Shown: piece after piece, positions 8,398-19,346 of the stretch | Position numbering within the stretch: the first letter of the stretch is position 1 | Layout: each line of letters starts with the position of its first letter | Assembly: GCA_965215015.1 (NCBI GenBank) | Contig: OZ244042.1 | Span: 5,344,001 to 5,408,000, forward strand | Source: Candidatus Poribacteria bacterium | Lineage (GTDB): Bacteria > Poribacteria > WGA-4E > PCPOR2b | DNA length: 64,000 nucleotides | Direction of reading: 5' to 3' | Program-made: the position numbers and the translations under genes | Notes under the pieces: generated by a model | Told to the model about the DNA's origin: nothing | The model's input: only the letters and a program-made list of their open reading frames with translations | Databases searched by the model: none

Positions 8398-11004
8398 TTG
8401 CGGCAAAAATATGGTCCTATTTTCGTAGGGATTTTCGGCTTACTGCTGATAATAGTGTCGGTGGACGCGCAGATTATTAGCCCGGAGGAAGCGATCGGCT
8501 TTCCTGTAGGGGCGGATTACAAGCTGGCGCGTTGGGAGACGATCAGCGGCTATCTGCAATCACTGGCTGCGAGTTCGGATCGGGTCATCCTAGAGGAGCG
8601 CGGCAAAACCACCGAGGGGCTCGACTTTGTGCTAGCCCTCATATCGTCGCCAGAAAATTTGGCGAACCTTGACTACTACAAAGCTATCCAGCGCAAACTT
8701 GCCAATCCGCAGGAGCAAGAATTAGCGGAGTTAAAGCAACTGTCGAGAGAGGGAAAAGCGGTCGTCATGATTAGCTGCAACATCCACTCGACGGAGATTG
8801 CTTCGTCTCAGATGTCAATGGAATTGGCGTATCAACTAGCGACGGAGAACACGCCGGAGATTGAAGAGATTCTGGCAAACACCATCCTGCTGCTGATTCC
8901 GTCCGCCAATCCTGACGGGTTGAACATGGTGGTTGATTGGTACGAGCGCACCGTCAACACGCCGTATGAAGGGGCACCGATGCCTTGGCTCTACCACAAA
9001 TATACCGGACACGATAACAACCGGGACTGGTTCATGCTGACACAAACCGAAACGCAGTTAGTAACCCAGATCCTCTACGAGGAGTGGTTTCCTCAAGTGG
9101 TCTACGATGTGCATGAGATGGGGAACAGGGGGGCGCGGTTCGTGATTCCGCCCTATTTTCATCCTGTCAACCCGAATATCCCGCCGCTGTTGCAGCGTCA
9201 ACTTTCGCTAATTGGTGCACAGATGGCACTGGATCTCACATCGCAAAGGTTTACTGGGGTGTTGTCCAACGCGGTGTACGATATGTGGTGGCACGGCGGT
9301 TTTCGCACCGTGCCGTATCGGCACAACATGATAGGTATTTTGACGGAGGCTGCGAGTGTCAATATCGCTTCGCCAGTTTTTCAGCCGAGATTGAGTTTGA
9401 GGGGGCACCGACGGGGGTTGAGCGAGTACGCGCAGCAGACCAACTTTCCGGAACCGTGGCCCGGCGGTTGGTGGCGGCTGCGCAACATTATCGAATACGA
9501 GAAGGCGGCAGCGTATTCAATCCTATCAATTGCTGCGAAGCAGAGAGAGATGTTTCTCACTAATTTTTATAAGATGGGATTAGACGCCGTCGAGAAAGGA
9601 GAACAGGAGCCACCGCGCGCATTTCTGGTGCCGATGGATCAGCGGGATATCAATACTGCGTTCAAGATGCTGCGAATTCTACAGCGGGGCGGTGTGAAGA
9701 TTCATCAGGCGAACACGAATTTTACGGTTGATAATGTTGAATATCCTGCGGGAACCTACGTCGTCCTGATGGCGCAGCCCTTTCGGGCACATGCCAAAGA
9801 TCTCCTTGAAGTACAACACTATCCTCGGCGCATCCCTGCACCCGGTGCGCCGCCGGAACGGCCGTATGACATTGCGGGCTGGACGTTGCCGATGCAGATG
9901 GGCGTCAAGGTTATCAAGGCGGTAAACGCATTTAGGGCAGACTTAGCACCCGTTGAGGAGATCCCGAAAATGGTGGGCAAACTCCACCTTGACGGGGTTG
10001 ATTTCCAAGACTCGGTCGTCTACATCTTCAAAAACCGAACGAACTTAGAAACCGTAGCACTGAATCGGTTGCTCCGAAAGGACAGATATACAATCTATCA
10101 GCAGCAGGGAGAAGTTGTGTGGAAGGATTTGCACCTGCCCCGCGGGGCAATTATCCTTAAATCAGACCGAATACCGGGGAGCGATTCCGCCGAATTACGT
10201 AATTTTGCTGAATCGCTTGGGATTGAAATCTATGCGCTAAATCAACGCTTCGTAGAGGTCGAGGCACAACTGAGGCAGCCGCGCTTGGGGCTCTATAAGC
10301 CGTGGGTGGCGAACATGGATGAGGGCTGGACTCGGTGGGTGCTGGATGAGCATGAGTTTCCCTATCGCAATTTGACAGATGCGGAAATCCGTGCCGGAAA
10401 TTTAGCTGAGTGGTATGACGCTATAATCCTGCCCGACATGAAGGCGTCGACGATGATTAAAGGACACGCGGCGGGCAGCCTACCGCCGGAGTACGTAGGC
10501 GGCATTGGATTAGAAGGTGTGGCTAACCTTCGTACCTTTGTTGAACAAGGTGGCATGCTTATCTGCTTGAACTGGGCGACAGGGCTGCCAATGAAACATT
10601 TTGGACTGGAGATTAACAACGCTGTGGAAGTGAATCAATCGGGTCCGCAAAAATTGACAGGAACGGAATTTTTTTGTCCCGGCTCGCTGCTGCGCGTTTT
10701 TGTTGAAACCACCCATCCAATCGGTTACGGGTTGGAGCGTGAGATGGCGGTCTTTTTCAAGTCGGGGCCGGCGTTTGAGGCGCGAGGAGGCAAACGGATT
10801 GCGGCTTATCCCAACTTCAATCCACTCATGAGTGGTTGGATCGAGGGAGAGAAACGGATTCGTCAGAAAGGGGCACTCTGGGAGGTCAAGCTGGGAAAGG
10901 GGCGTGTGATTCTGTTTGGCTTTAAACCGCAGCATCGGGCGCAGTCGCACGGAACATTTAAGCTGCTGTTCAATGCGATTTACTATAGCGTCATCAAAAA
11001 ATGA
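8398..11004 (+). CDS. M14 zinc carboxypeptidase family protein with C-terminal GATase-like domain
   Basis: HSTE, DNNRD and DVHEMG motifs; signal peptide; TTG start after aaaggagg. Confidence 0.88.
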   Translation: MRQKYGPIFVGIFGLLLIIVSVDAQIISPEEAIGFPVGADYKLARWETISGYLQSLAASSDRVILEERGKTTEGLDFVLALISSPENLANLDYYKAIQRKLANPQEQELAELKQLSREGKAVVMISCNIHSTEIASSQMSMELAYQLATENTPEIEEILANTILLLIPSANPDGLNMVVDWYERTVNTPYEGAPMPWLYHKYTGHDNNRDWFMLTQTETQLVTQILYEEWFPQVVYDVHEMGNRGARFVIPPYFHPVNPNIPPLLQRQLSLIGAQMALDLTSQRFTGVLSNAVYDMWWHGGFRTVPYRHNMIGILTEAASVNIASPVFQPRLSLRGHRRGLSEYAQQTNFPEPWPGGWWRLRNIIEYEKAAAYSILSIAAKQREMFLTNFYKMGLDAVEKGEQEPPRAFLVPMDQRDINTAFKMLRILQRGGVKIHQANTNFTVDNVEYPAGTYVVLMAQPFRAHAKDLLEVQHYPRRIPAPGAPPERPYDIAGWTLPMQMGVKVIKAVNAFRADLAPVEEIPKMVGKLHLDGVDFQDSVVYIFKNRTNLETVALNRLLRKDRYTIYQQQGEVVWKDLHLPRGAIILKSDRIPGSDSAELRNFAESLGIEIYALNQRFVEVEAQLRQPRLGLYKPWVANMDEGWTRWVLDEHEFPYRNLTDAEIRAGNLAEWYDAIILPDMKASTMIKGHAAGSLPPEYVGGIGLEGVANLRTFVEQGGMLICLNWATGLPMKHFGLEINNAVEVNQSGPQKLTGTEFFCPGSLLRVFVETTHPIGYGLEREMAVFFKSGPAFEARGGKRIAAYPNFNPLMSGWIEGEKRIRQKGALWEVKLGKGRVILFGFKPQHRAQSHGTFKLLFNAIYYSVIKK

Positions 11005-11208
11005 AATCCCTTAGCACTTACACCCTTCATTAGTAGGGCACGCCGATCGGTCTGCCCTAGGAACTTCTTGCTGTAGTTGCCCGATTCATCGGGCGTTGGC
11101 AACGCGATGCCCAGCGGCGATCAATCGCTGAAGGACAAGTCGAAGCCTCTCGGAACGGAGGGGTTGAACGCTTGAGCGATGTGGAAACGACAGTCTCACC
11201 AAAGGTTA

Positions 11209-12660
11209 TTACTCCGCTGTTAGACCTGCATAGATTTTTCGTCCTTCATGAAATAGGTGCAAAATCTCTTCCCGCTGCTTATCTTGGGTGAATTTACCAA
11301 TCCTACTGATCCAATCGATAGAATCATCAATTGAGCGGACAAAGAACGCCGCAGACTCCTGTGCGATGCCGGAGGGGCGTCCCGTCCCAATCTGCACCGG
11401 ACTGGTATGTGCATATATTGACTGTGCAAAGCTATCCCTCACATCACCATAGGCACGTGCGGCAATCCAACCGTCCGTTTCGATTTCAAGATCGAATCCC
11501 CACTCACCATGCTGTGACGGTTTTTCGTTGAACTCCCGGCGTTGTGCGATGCTGCCGTTATGGATGAGCTCCACGCGGTTAATCGGATAGTGGGAATTCC
11601 ACGAAATCTGTCCTGAAAGTTTGCGGGGTGTTCCCTTTGGAGAGTCAATCCGTCCACCGGGCATCGTGCCGTCAACGGTAAGAAATAGCGCGGGCCCATT
11701 CGTGATGAATGTATTTCCCCCCTGCAAACCCCGTAACCAGTTCTCGTAGGTAAATTCCTGATCTGTTTGGACATAGACACGGTTATTTGAGCAGATAAAC
11801 CAATCGGTGCCGGTTGATGCCGGCAGCGAAATGCCACAGTTGAGCAGATGATACCAGATGTCATACTCGGGATCCATCCAGTATGGATCGAAGAGGTTAA
11901 AGGCATCTAGCTTGCCCAACGCTGCTGCGACCGGTGCCTCCATCCCGATTCCGTTGTGGCACCATAGGACAATACCGCCTTGCCGTTTGGCGTCGTCACA
12001 GGCGTAGCAGAGCGGCGGATAATCGGGATCGAAATCGCTGACGAGATCGCCGCGGCTGACCGGTTCTACCACGTTCCGGATACGCAGCAGCATGATATGC
12101 CCATACGCCATACCGCCCCGGCGGTAGTTGTGCCGATTCTCCTCTCCGCAGTCGACAAGGTGGTGTGCGGTCGAATAGTCCGTCATAAATCCGATTGGGT
12201 ATTTGTTGCTGGCATAGGGCAGCTCACGTCGCTGCAGGATGCTCACCACGGTTACGCTCAGATCATGGACCTTCGGGTCCAGGTTCAGTCGAACATCGGG
12301 CTGCATCTCATTCTCGCTGTAGTGGAGATGCGTATTGCCCGGATACCAGTTTTGCGATGGGAGATCTGTCCACCGTTTGAGTTGCAACTCGACATCAACG
12401 TGCCCTTTTTGGGGGGCTGAGACCACTTGCCGCAGCGGTTCATACTCTGTGCCCCGTTCAACAATAATGTCCGTTGAACCCCGTGGGACATTCACCGTAA
12501 ACTCGCCTGCACTATAAAAGAATGGTTCGCCGGGACCGACTTTCAAGATGCTATCAGCGGGATGTACAAAATTACCGCTGCTCGTCAGCACATGCACTTT
12601 TGCTTCGACCGGTTCGCCTGAAATGCTATCTCGAATGACCCCGTGTAGTGTTCCCATCAA
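11209..12660 (-). CDS. CehA/McbA-family (PHP-like) metallohydrolase
   Basis: WYPGNTHLH, YGH, WCH, STGTD and TNGP motifs; N-terminal Ig-like domain. Confidence 0.8.
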   Translation of the reverse strand: MMGTLHGVIRDSISGEPVEAKVHVLTSSGNFVHPADSILKVGPGEPFFYSAGEFTVNVPRGSTDIIVERGTEYEPLRQVVSAPQKGHVDVELQLKRWTDLPSQNWYPGNTHLHYSENEMQPDVRLNLDPKVHDLSVTVVSILQRRELPYASNKYPIGFMTDYSTAHHLVDCGEENRHNYRRGGMAYGHIMLLRIRNVVEPVSRGDLVSDFDPDYPPLCYACDDAKRQGGIVLWCHNGIGMEAPVAAALGKLDAFNLFDPYWMDPEYDIWYHLLNCGISLPASTGTDWFICSNNRVYVQTDQEFTYENWLRGLQGGNTFITNGPALFLTVDGTMPGGRIDSPKGTPRKLSGQISWNSHYPINRVELIHNGSIAQRREFNEKPSQHGEWGFDLEIETDGWIAARAYGDVRDSFAQSIYAHTSPVQIGTGRPSGIAQESAAFFVRSIDDSIDWISRIGKFTQDKQREEILHLFHEGRKIYAGLTAE

Positions 12661-12720
12661 TTTTCTCCTTCATCATGATAACGCAGCGTAATCGTCTCTC
12701 AATAGATTGGGACGCGGACG

Positions 12721-12749
12721 ATTATAGCATTACGCGCTATTTTGGTCAA
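12721..12749 (-). promoter_or_regulatory. Sigma70 promoter for the CehA/McbA gene
   Basis: Minus strand TTGACC-N17-TATAAT with extended -10 TG. Confidence 0.7.
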
Positions 12750-12754
12750 GTTGT

Positions 12755-13128
12755 TAGGCTCTATTGACGTTTGACGGCACATAGGTTGGGTTGAACGGGA
12801 ACTGTGAAACCCAACACTCAATCCAACTGAAGCGGGAAACAGTAGCAGGCACGCTCCACCGTGCTGTCCCCCCCCGCAAGTGAGGGGGGAAATCGGGTCA
12901 ATGAGCCGGGAATTGAGGGACATCCCGCTTGCGGGGGGTGGGGGTATTTAGCAGGGGGAAGGGGTTACGGCATACGGCGTATGCCGAATACTAGCCACTT
13001 ATGGGCTGAGCACCAATCCGTTGGACGAGAGAAAATCGCCCCCCCGATAAATCGGGCTGCAAACACCTACGATTGGGTACTTATCATCGAATGACGGACA
13101 CGCCTCACATAAGTGTCAATACGCCCTA
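12755..13128. mobile_element. Possible MITE carrying nested REP hairpins
   Basis: Imperfect terminal inverted repeats TAGGCTCTATTGAC / GTCAATACGCCCTA (11/14); no convincing ORF inside. Confidence 0.35.
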
Positions 13129-13534
13129 GAGATTTTCCGTCTTACAAAATTCCCACCGAGATCAACGAAAAATCAGGTCAGGCGAACCTTTTCCCTCTGA
13201 GTAACGCCTATTAGTGTGAAGGGATAACAGTGGGATGCTTTCGGCGATGTGATGGGGTTTTGGTCTTAGGGGCGTGTTAAGAATGAGGGCAGGTGACAAG
13301 TGAGGCGTGAAACGTGAGAGAATTAGAATATACCCGCCCTATGCTCTCCAATGGCTGAGGGCGTTTTTCCGATTTGCAGGACCTATAAAGTTTCTGTCAG
13401 TATATGTAGTTATCAACATAGGGGGAGACGTGAGCTTCTGTGGGAGCGTCCTTCTGTACGCGATAATCTCGAAAATAAAGGCAGAGCTGCCTCTCCTATA
13501 CAGATGAGGAAATCTACGCCACGAGTTGCTTTAT

Positions 13535-15169
13535 TTAGGATGGGGCTGCAGCTGCCGCCGGGATGCTTTTGATATATTGCTCGATTCCTTTGGCAATCGC
13601 TGTTGCCAGCTGACGTTGGTATGCTTTTGTGGTGAGCTTTTTCCCTTCCGTTGGATTTGAGATAAAGCCGACCTCAACAAGCACTGCGGGAACTTTTGTC
13701 CCGATGAGGACCACGAAGGGGGCGTGCTTGACCCCCCGATTCTTCACCTGTTTTCCTGATGTCAGCTGCGCCTGAATGAGTTGTGCCAGCCGACGGCTTT
13801 CCGTGCTTTTGCTCTCCTTGAGTATTCTTCCCACAAGTGCATCCAACTCCTTCATGTTGTACTCTGCCCCTATGTTTTCACGCCTGGCGGTCATTCGGGC
13901 GGATTCGTCGGATGCTAGGGCAAGGTAGTAGGTCTCTATCCCCACAGCCTTATGGGAGGTGCTAGCATTGGCGTGGATGCTGATGAACAGATCGGCTTTC
14001 TGGTTGGTTGCAAACTGTGTGCGTTTTCTGATCGGGATATAAACATCGGTTTCGCGTGTCAGCCGTACATTGTATCCTTTCTTAACGAGGATGTCGCGCA
14101 GTGTTTTTGATAGACTGAGCACAATCTGTTTTTCTTGCCGTGTTTGACTCACGGCACCGGGGTCTTTGCCGCCGTGTCCCGGATCGATAACAATCGTTTT
14201 GACGCTCAAGCCCAGTTGCTGTGCCAGCGATGGATCGGCAGCAGGTTTTGATGTTTTCGGTAGTTCAGGTGTAGGTTGTGCCTTGTCCGGCCGCGTTACT
14301 GTTTTGGTTTTAGCGGGGGACTTCTGTGATGGCGGTTTTGCTTCACTTGGCGGCGTTACTATTTTGGTCTTAGCGTCGGCTTTCCTCGGCGGTGGAACAA
14401 CATCAACGGGTTGAGGCACTTTCGGCGGTTCAGGAGAGGGCTCGATCGCTTCCGGCGGTGTTTTTGGAAGATCCGGTTGAGCGACTTGAGGGGATTCTGG
14501 CGGTACAATTTCAGATGGAGAATCGATGGGTGCAGCCTCCTCCGTTTGTTCGGTATCAAGGCGTGAAGCCCGTTTCTCTGCTTGGGCGATGATTTGGAGA
14601 TCTTGGCTTCGCTGAGAGAGTGCGTCGTAGGTAATACGTGCTAATGTGAAATAGCCTTGGGCTTCGTATGCTCTGCCGAGGCGCAACTGCGCCTTGTCGG
14701 CGATTGTGTGGTTGAGATAGTGCCCGATCACGGTTTGATAGTGTGTCACTGCCGCCCCGCGGTCTCCAAGCCGATCATAGCAGTCTCCTAGCCAGTAGTG
14801 TGCTGTTGCTGCGTGTGGTGAATCAGGGTAATTTTGGAGTAGCTTTTTGAGTGCGGTAATTGCGTTGTCAAGTCCGGGTTGTTCGTTCCGTTGTCCCAAC
14901 CAGAGCCAGCAAGAGGCGATAGCATATTGTGCGTCGTCTGCCCACTCCCCTTCCTTATCTGCGTCAATGGTACGCTGAAATTCTTTAATCAAGGAGCCCC
15001 ACTCTGCCTCGGTGGCTGGAATCTCTCCGTGCACGAGTTGGTGATGCTTGGCTGAAGCCGCACTATAGAGCAATAATGCGTCAGGAGGTGCTGGTGACGG
15101 CGGCATTGCGGGCGCGCAAGCCAGCAGCAGAGATGCGAGTAAGATCAACGGGTATGTGTATGTTTTCAT
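13535..15169 (-). CDS. Lipoprotein N-acetylmuramoyl-L-alanine amidase (Amidase_3) with N-terminal TPRs and Pro-rich linker
   Basis: Lipobox LLAC; IDPGHGGKDPGA, FISIHAN, LVEVGFISN. Confidence 0.92.
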   Translation of the reverse strand: MKTYTYPLILLASLLLACAPAMPPSPAPPDALLLYSAASAKHHQLVHGEIPATEAEWGSLIKEFQRTIDADKEGEWADDAQYAIASCWLWLGQRNEQPGLDNAITALKKLLQNYPDSPHAATAHYWLGDCYDRLGDRGAAVTHYQTVIGHYLNHTIADKAQLRLGRAYEAQGYFTLARITYDALSQRSQDLQIIAQAEKRASRLDTEQTEEAAPIDSPSEIVPPESPQVAQPDLPKTPPEAIEPSPEPPKVPQPVDVVPPPRKADAKTKIVTPPSEAKPPSQKSPAKTKTVTRPDKAQPTPELPKTSKPAADPSLAQQLGLSVKTIVIDPGHGGKDPGAVSQTRQEKQIVLSLSKTLRDILVKKGYNVRLTRETDVYIPIRKRTQFATNQKADLFISIHANASTSHKAVGIETYYLALASDESARMTARRENIGAEYNMKELDALVGRILKESKSTESRRLAQLIQAQLTSGKQVKNRGVKHAPFVVLIGTKVPAVLVEVGFISNPTEGKKLTTKAYQRQLATAIAKGIEQYIKSIPAAAAAPS

Positions 15170-15237
15170 GGTGTTCTCTAAGATGTACTTTTCTTACTGA
15201 TAATGTCAGAGCGGTGTAAGGCCGATCCATGAAGCCC

Positions 15238-16104
15238 TTAGTCTGCTGATTTGCTCAGTTGTTTATGCAGACTGTTCGCAAGCGCGGCAAACTCAGCGAT
15301 GCTCAGCGTTTCTCCACGTCGCTGTGGATCGATAGCGAGTTGGGCACAAATGGCATTAAACACTTCAGTAGAAATAGAAACGCCATTTTTCAGGAGTGCG
15401 TTTCGTAACATTTTGCGCCGAGATTGGAACGCAGCCCGGACAATTTGAAAGAAGAGTGTCTCATTTTTAACGGTGACTTGAGGAGTATCGCGCATCCGCA
15501 GCTTTAGAACGGAGGAATTGACCTGTGGTGAAGGGAAAAATCGATCCGGCGGAATCGTGTGTACAATTTCAGCCTCGGCATAGTAGGAGACACCAATAGA
15601 GAGGGTGCCGTAACGTTTGTTCCCCGGCGGTGAGATGATGCGTTCAGCGACTTCTGTCTGCATCGTCAGGACGCAAGCACTGATTTTTTGGTGGCACTTC
15701 AGTAGCTCCCATAGAAACGGTGTGGTGATATAGTAGGGTAGGTTGGCGACAATTTTGGTATGTTGGGGTGGGAAGTCATTCAGCAGGGTGGGAAGATTCT
15801 GTTTGAGAATATCCCCTCGGATTAGAGAGATGTGAGGCGTTTTTGAGAATTTGAGCTGTAGTTCTGTGTATAGAAATTCGTCGATTTCAATCGCAGTGAC
15901 CCTTTTGGCGGTAGCCGCTAGCGCAGAGGTCAAAAATCCGAGTCCCGCCCCAATCTCCAAGACGAAATCAGCATCGGTCAATTTTGCCCCCCACGTTATC
16001 TCTTGCAAGGCGTGTGGATCAATCAGGAAGTGTTGACCAAGTTTTTGGTTGGGGTTTCTGCCGGTGCGTTTGAGGAATTCACGAACCTGTTGGTAGAGCG
16101 TCAT
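15238..16104 (-). CDS. rsmA: 16S rRNA m6,2A dimethyltransferase
   Basis: LGQHFL, LEIGAGLG, VANLPYYIT. Confidence 0.96.
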   Translation of the reverse strand: MTLYQQVREFLKRTGRNPNQKLGQHFLIDPHALQEITWGAKLTDADFVLEIGAGLGFLTSALAATAKRVTAIEIDEFLYTELQLKFSKTPHISLIRGDILKQNLPTLLNDFPPQHTKIVANLPYYITTPFLWELLKCHQKISACVLTMQTEVAERIISPPGNKRYGTLSIGVSYYAEAEIVHTIPPDRFFPSPQVNSSVLKLRMRDTPQVTVKNETLFFQIVRAAFQSRRKMLRNALLKNGVSISTEVFNAICAQLAIDPQRRGETLSIAEFAALANSLHKQLSKSAD

Positions 16105-16483
16105 TTTTGCCGATTTTGTATTTGGGTGGAGGAAGGATTTGCCGCCGAAAGATACTATGACTATTGTGTCATAGAATACCAGACACGATGGGGCGATAAT
16201 CCTGGCTCCATCCGCCCGGAACGTTGCGCGAGAGTCCGGGGGTTTTCAATCCACCAGGACAGTCGCACAGCAGTGTTTGGTGTTTCCTTTGAGGGTTCAA
16301 CTGCGTAAGTCCTATAGGGATTTGCTTTTAACCGTTCAACCCAACCTACGATACTCGCATTCTCAGTGCACAATAGTAGGTAGGCTCCGCGGTGCCATAA
16401 TTTGCATAAAGATTACAGTATATTGCTTTAAATCCCAATCGATCGGGATAGAGGTTACGACATACGGCGTATGCCTACTACTT

Positions 16484-17365
16484 TTAGTGTATGGTTACGC
16501 CAACCTCTCGTGAGACGTGCCGGATGTATTGCTGCCCTGCGATGGTGTCTTCGTAGGGGAAGTGTTCCACATAGAGCGTAACATCGTGGTTTAGCTCATC
16601 CAGTCGTCGAAGGATGGTTGCATAGTCCATAACGCCGGATTCATAACGGTGCTCTGCTTCTTTTGCTCCCGGAACGGCTTCGTCTATGTGAACGACTGAT
16701 AAGCGTCCACTCTCGTTCTGGCGCACGGCTGACATCGCTATGTCTTTTGCGTGGAGCGCGGTAATTTTATCGCCCACCCCATCGAAAATCTGATTCACCA
16801 GCTCTGTTGTTCTGTAGAACAGATGGGGCCAGGTCAGGTTTACGCAGTCCATCAGTGCCTTCATTCGGGGAGAGGAGGCTGCCTCAAACATCTCTTTGTA
16901 CCGTTCCACGGAGCAGAGCGGACTCATGATATGGGGGTGTGCGGCAACGTCTACCTCTGCTGCCTCTGCCTCCCTTGCCAAATCCACCGCAGCATCGAGG
17001 CATCGCTTCCACGCCTCGTCGGACCACATTTGGGGTGTGCATCTGTAGGTTAGTCCGACGTTAAACCCGACGCAGTGTGCACCTAAGATCCGAGCGTGAC
17101 GTAGTTGGCGGCGATAGTGTTCGATCGCTGACTGGTACTCGGCTTTATCTGCTGCGCCAAACCCGCTGTGAAATGCACTAAACTCACCCGGTCGGATGTC
17201 GTGATCTTCGAGGAATCTCCTTACATCCTCGACATCTGCATCGCTCCAAACGGCGGGTATACTCATGGAGACCGTTTTTACTTCCATGATTCCAACTGTG
17301 CGGAGAAACGCTTCCCGTTCCTCTGCTGTCTTTCCCGGTTGTATGCTTGGACTCATTAAAATCAT
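16484..17365 (-). CDS. Sugar phosphate isomerase/epimerase (xylose-isomerase-like TIM barrel)
   Basis: D-x-x-N, LHAKD and YVEH metal ligands. Confidence 0.8.
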   Translation of the reverse strand: MILMSPSIQPGKTAEEREAFLRTVGIMEVKTVSMSIPAVWSDADVEDVRRFLEDHDIRPGEFSAFHSGFGAADKAEYQSAIEHYRRQLRHARILGAHCVGFNVGLTYRCTPQMWSDEAWKRCLDAAVDLAREAEAAEVDVAAHPHIMSPLCSVERYKEMFEAASSPRMKALMDCVNLTWPHLFYRTTELVNQIFDGVGDKITALHAKDIAMSAVRQNESGRLSVVHIDEAVPGAKEAEHRYESGVMDYATILRRLDELNHDVTLYVEHFPYEDTIAGQQYIRHVSREVGVTIH

Positions 17366-17385
17366 CTGACTCTCCTCTATAAAAG

Positions 17386-17443
17386 AAAAGCCTCTTGATG
17401 CTGATGGGAATGTGCATCTATGCGATCGTGTGCATCAAGAAGC
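17386..17443 (-). terminator. Terminator-like hairpin, copy 1 of a conserved pair
   Basis: GCTTCTTGATGC...GCATCAAGAGGC-TTTTC on the minus strand; similar to 19347..19404. Confidence 0.6.
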
Positions 17444-17620
17444 AAGCGAGCTAGCTCTAACAATCTTCCCCACGGATTTTGTTTGGGGATAAGTAGTTAC
17501 TGACTTTTAATAAAACGCAAGGACGCCCCCCCTCAGTCTCCCCGCAAGCGGAGGGGAAAAGAACCGTGTAGGTATTCGGGACTGAGGGGACGACGTTGCG
17601 TTAAATTCAGAGAAAAGCCC

Positions 17621-18487
17621 CTATCTACTCATTGCGTTTTGTTTTATAGTACCCCATTTTGTAGCGAGCTTTTGATGCGGGTCCACGCTGAGAAACTGGT
17701 CTCCGGGGGCCAGCATAATTTCTTGGATTTCTTCCTCCGTGAAAGCAACCTTCCAGATCATCACCTCATCGATAGCACCTTGGAACGGTTCACTAAACAT
17801 CGCGTATCCGCCAATCGTGATGGGACCATTAGCGGGTAGGGGTGGTTTTGTTCCGTTGCCTTTAGACCAGTCCTTTGCTTCATGGCCCTTATTAACGCCG
17901 CCATCTCGGCTCGATTTCTGATTTTTTCCATTCAGATAGATTTTCATCGCTTCGGGGTTTCCAAAAGTATTGGTGGCAGCGATATGGGTCCACTTATCTA
18001 TCGGTACAGAGTCCCATATCCCTGTGACACGATGAAAGTCCTGATCTCCTTTATCTCGATAAAAGAAAGATGGATCTACGGTCTCCAGACGCAGGGCATA
18101 ATTTGCCTTGTTTGCGTCAGGACTATTATAGAGAATTCCACGAGCCCCAGGCCTTGCGACATCCATATTAACCCAAGCCATAAGCGTGATTTCGTCCCCC
18201 CCTTCAAAGGCGAATATTTTATCTGCTGGGGTGCGGACGATACCGGGGTCATTGATGGCAAAACGTATGGCTTTTCCAAATTTCCCATCGTCCCACTTCC
18301 AGTTTCCTTCCAACTTGCCGTGATTTTCAAATTCGGACATGTCCGCTGTCGTTTTTCCTCTTCCTTCGTCAAAAGGGATATACAGCACTAAATCCTTCGG
18401 GTCTCGTTTTCCGTGGACTAAGGATGGCGGAGTCAGGAGTAAAAGGACACCTGCTATAAAGAGAAAAGAAATTTTCGTTTTCATCAA
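17621..18487 (-). CDS. Secreted LamG/concanavalin-like domain protein
   Basis: LVLYIPFDEG...WTHIA...FQGAIDEVMIW; C-terminal VDPHQKLATKWGTIK. Confidence 0.9.
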   Translation of the reverse strand: MMKTKISFLFIAGVLLLLTPPSLVHGKRDPKDLVLYIPFDEGRGKTTADMSEFENHGKLEGNWKWDDGKFGKAIRFAINDPGIVRTPADKIFAFEGGDEITLMAWVNMDVARPGARGILYNSPDANKANYALRLETVDPSFFYRDKGDQDFHRVTGIWDSVPIDKWTHIAATNTFGNPEAMKIYLNGKNQKSSRDGGVNKGHEAKDWSKGNGTKPPLPANGPITIGGYAMFSEPFQGAIDEVMIWKVAFTEEEIQEIMLAPGDQFLSVDPHQKLATKWGTIKQNAMSR

Positions 18488-18536
18488 AAACCTCCTTAAC
18501 TATGCTAAAGGTTCGATGGATTTTTACAGATCCGCT

Positions 18537-19170
18537 TCAGAGACTTTGTTTTAGCGTTGCCCATGTCGTTGCTAGCTTGCCACGGGGCTCGACATCAAGA
18601 AACTCGATTCCCGGTGCCAGCATAATTTCTTGGATTTCTTCCGCCGTGAAGGTTCCCTTCCAGATCATCACCTCATCAATGAGACCTTGGAATGAGTCAA
18701 GCATCAGAAGTCGACCGGTCGCGCACAGGAATGCTGTGACACGAAGGACACTCCAAAACCATCTTATCACGCATAATAAGCTGTCCATCCACCCCTCGAT
18801 AATCTGCGGGACGGTAACCCCAATCAAAATGCGCTGCTGGGTACTTTTTCCCTTGTTCGGGACAGCCGTCAGAATCACAATAGCGAAGAACACCTACTCT
18901 TGACGATGGTAAGTCTAATTTCAATTGAGCCATGATCCATCCTTTTGTAACTTTAAAGTAATGATCGGGACGTATCCCGATCAGTTTGAATTTACTTAAC
19001 AAAACACTTAACTAAGCCCGCCGTAACGAAAATAGGTCTTTCGTCGTCCTTCCTTTTACTTCGTCGAAGGGGAAATAGAGGGCTAGTTCCAATCCGCGAC
19101 GCTGTTTTCCGCTGACTAGGGCTGGCATTAGAAACAAAAGGAAGCCCATTATGATTGCCAATGCTTTCAT
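18537..19170 (-). pseudogene. Interrupted LamG paralog
   Basis: ATG 19170 gives MKALAIIMGFLLFLMPALVSGKQRRGLELALYFPFDEVKGRTTKD, then unrelated DNA; LamG C-terminus FQGLIDEVMIW...VEPRGKLATTWATLK resumes near 18692. Confidence 0.85.
18697..18933 (-). CDS. Small putative zinc-ribbon protein inside the LamG pseudogene
   Basis: 78 aa, MAQLKLDL...CDSDGC...CPSC; aagga upstream of the ATG. Confidence 0.5.
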   Translation of the reverse strand: MAQLKLDLPSSRVGVLRYCDSDGCPEQGKKYPAAHFDWGYRPADYRGVDGQLIMRDKMVLECPSCHSIPVRDRSTSDA

Positions 19171-19346
19171 GTTTCGTACCCCCTCTCAGGCAGCCGATCA
19201 CCAATTTTGAGTACTTCCCTACCGTAGAGCCTAGTATTCCGCATTGTCGAAGCCTACCCCAATCCATCGGAGAATTGGAGCCCCGAAAGTGGCTCATAAG
19301 TGTGGCTACATCCCTGACTTTCCGCATTTACAACCAAGCCTGAACT

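Noticed and set aside
18990-19020. Chromosomal dif site
   Set aside because: Only an XerD-arm-like half is similar; no matching XerC arm
18992-19327. 111-aa ORF from the track, and the N-terminal half of ORF 18537..18893
   Set aside because: Off-frame readings across the LamG pseudogene and its insert
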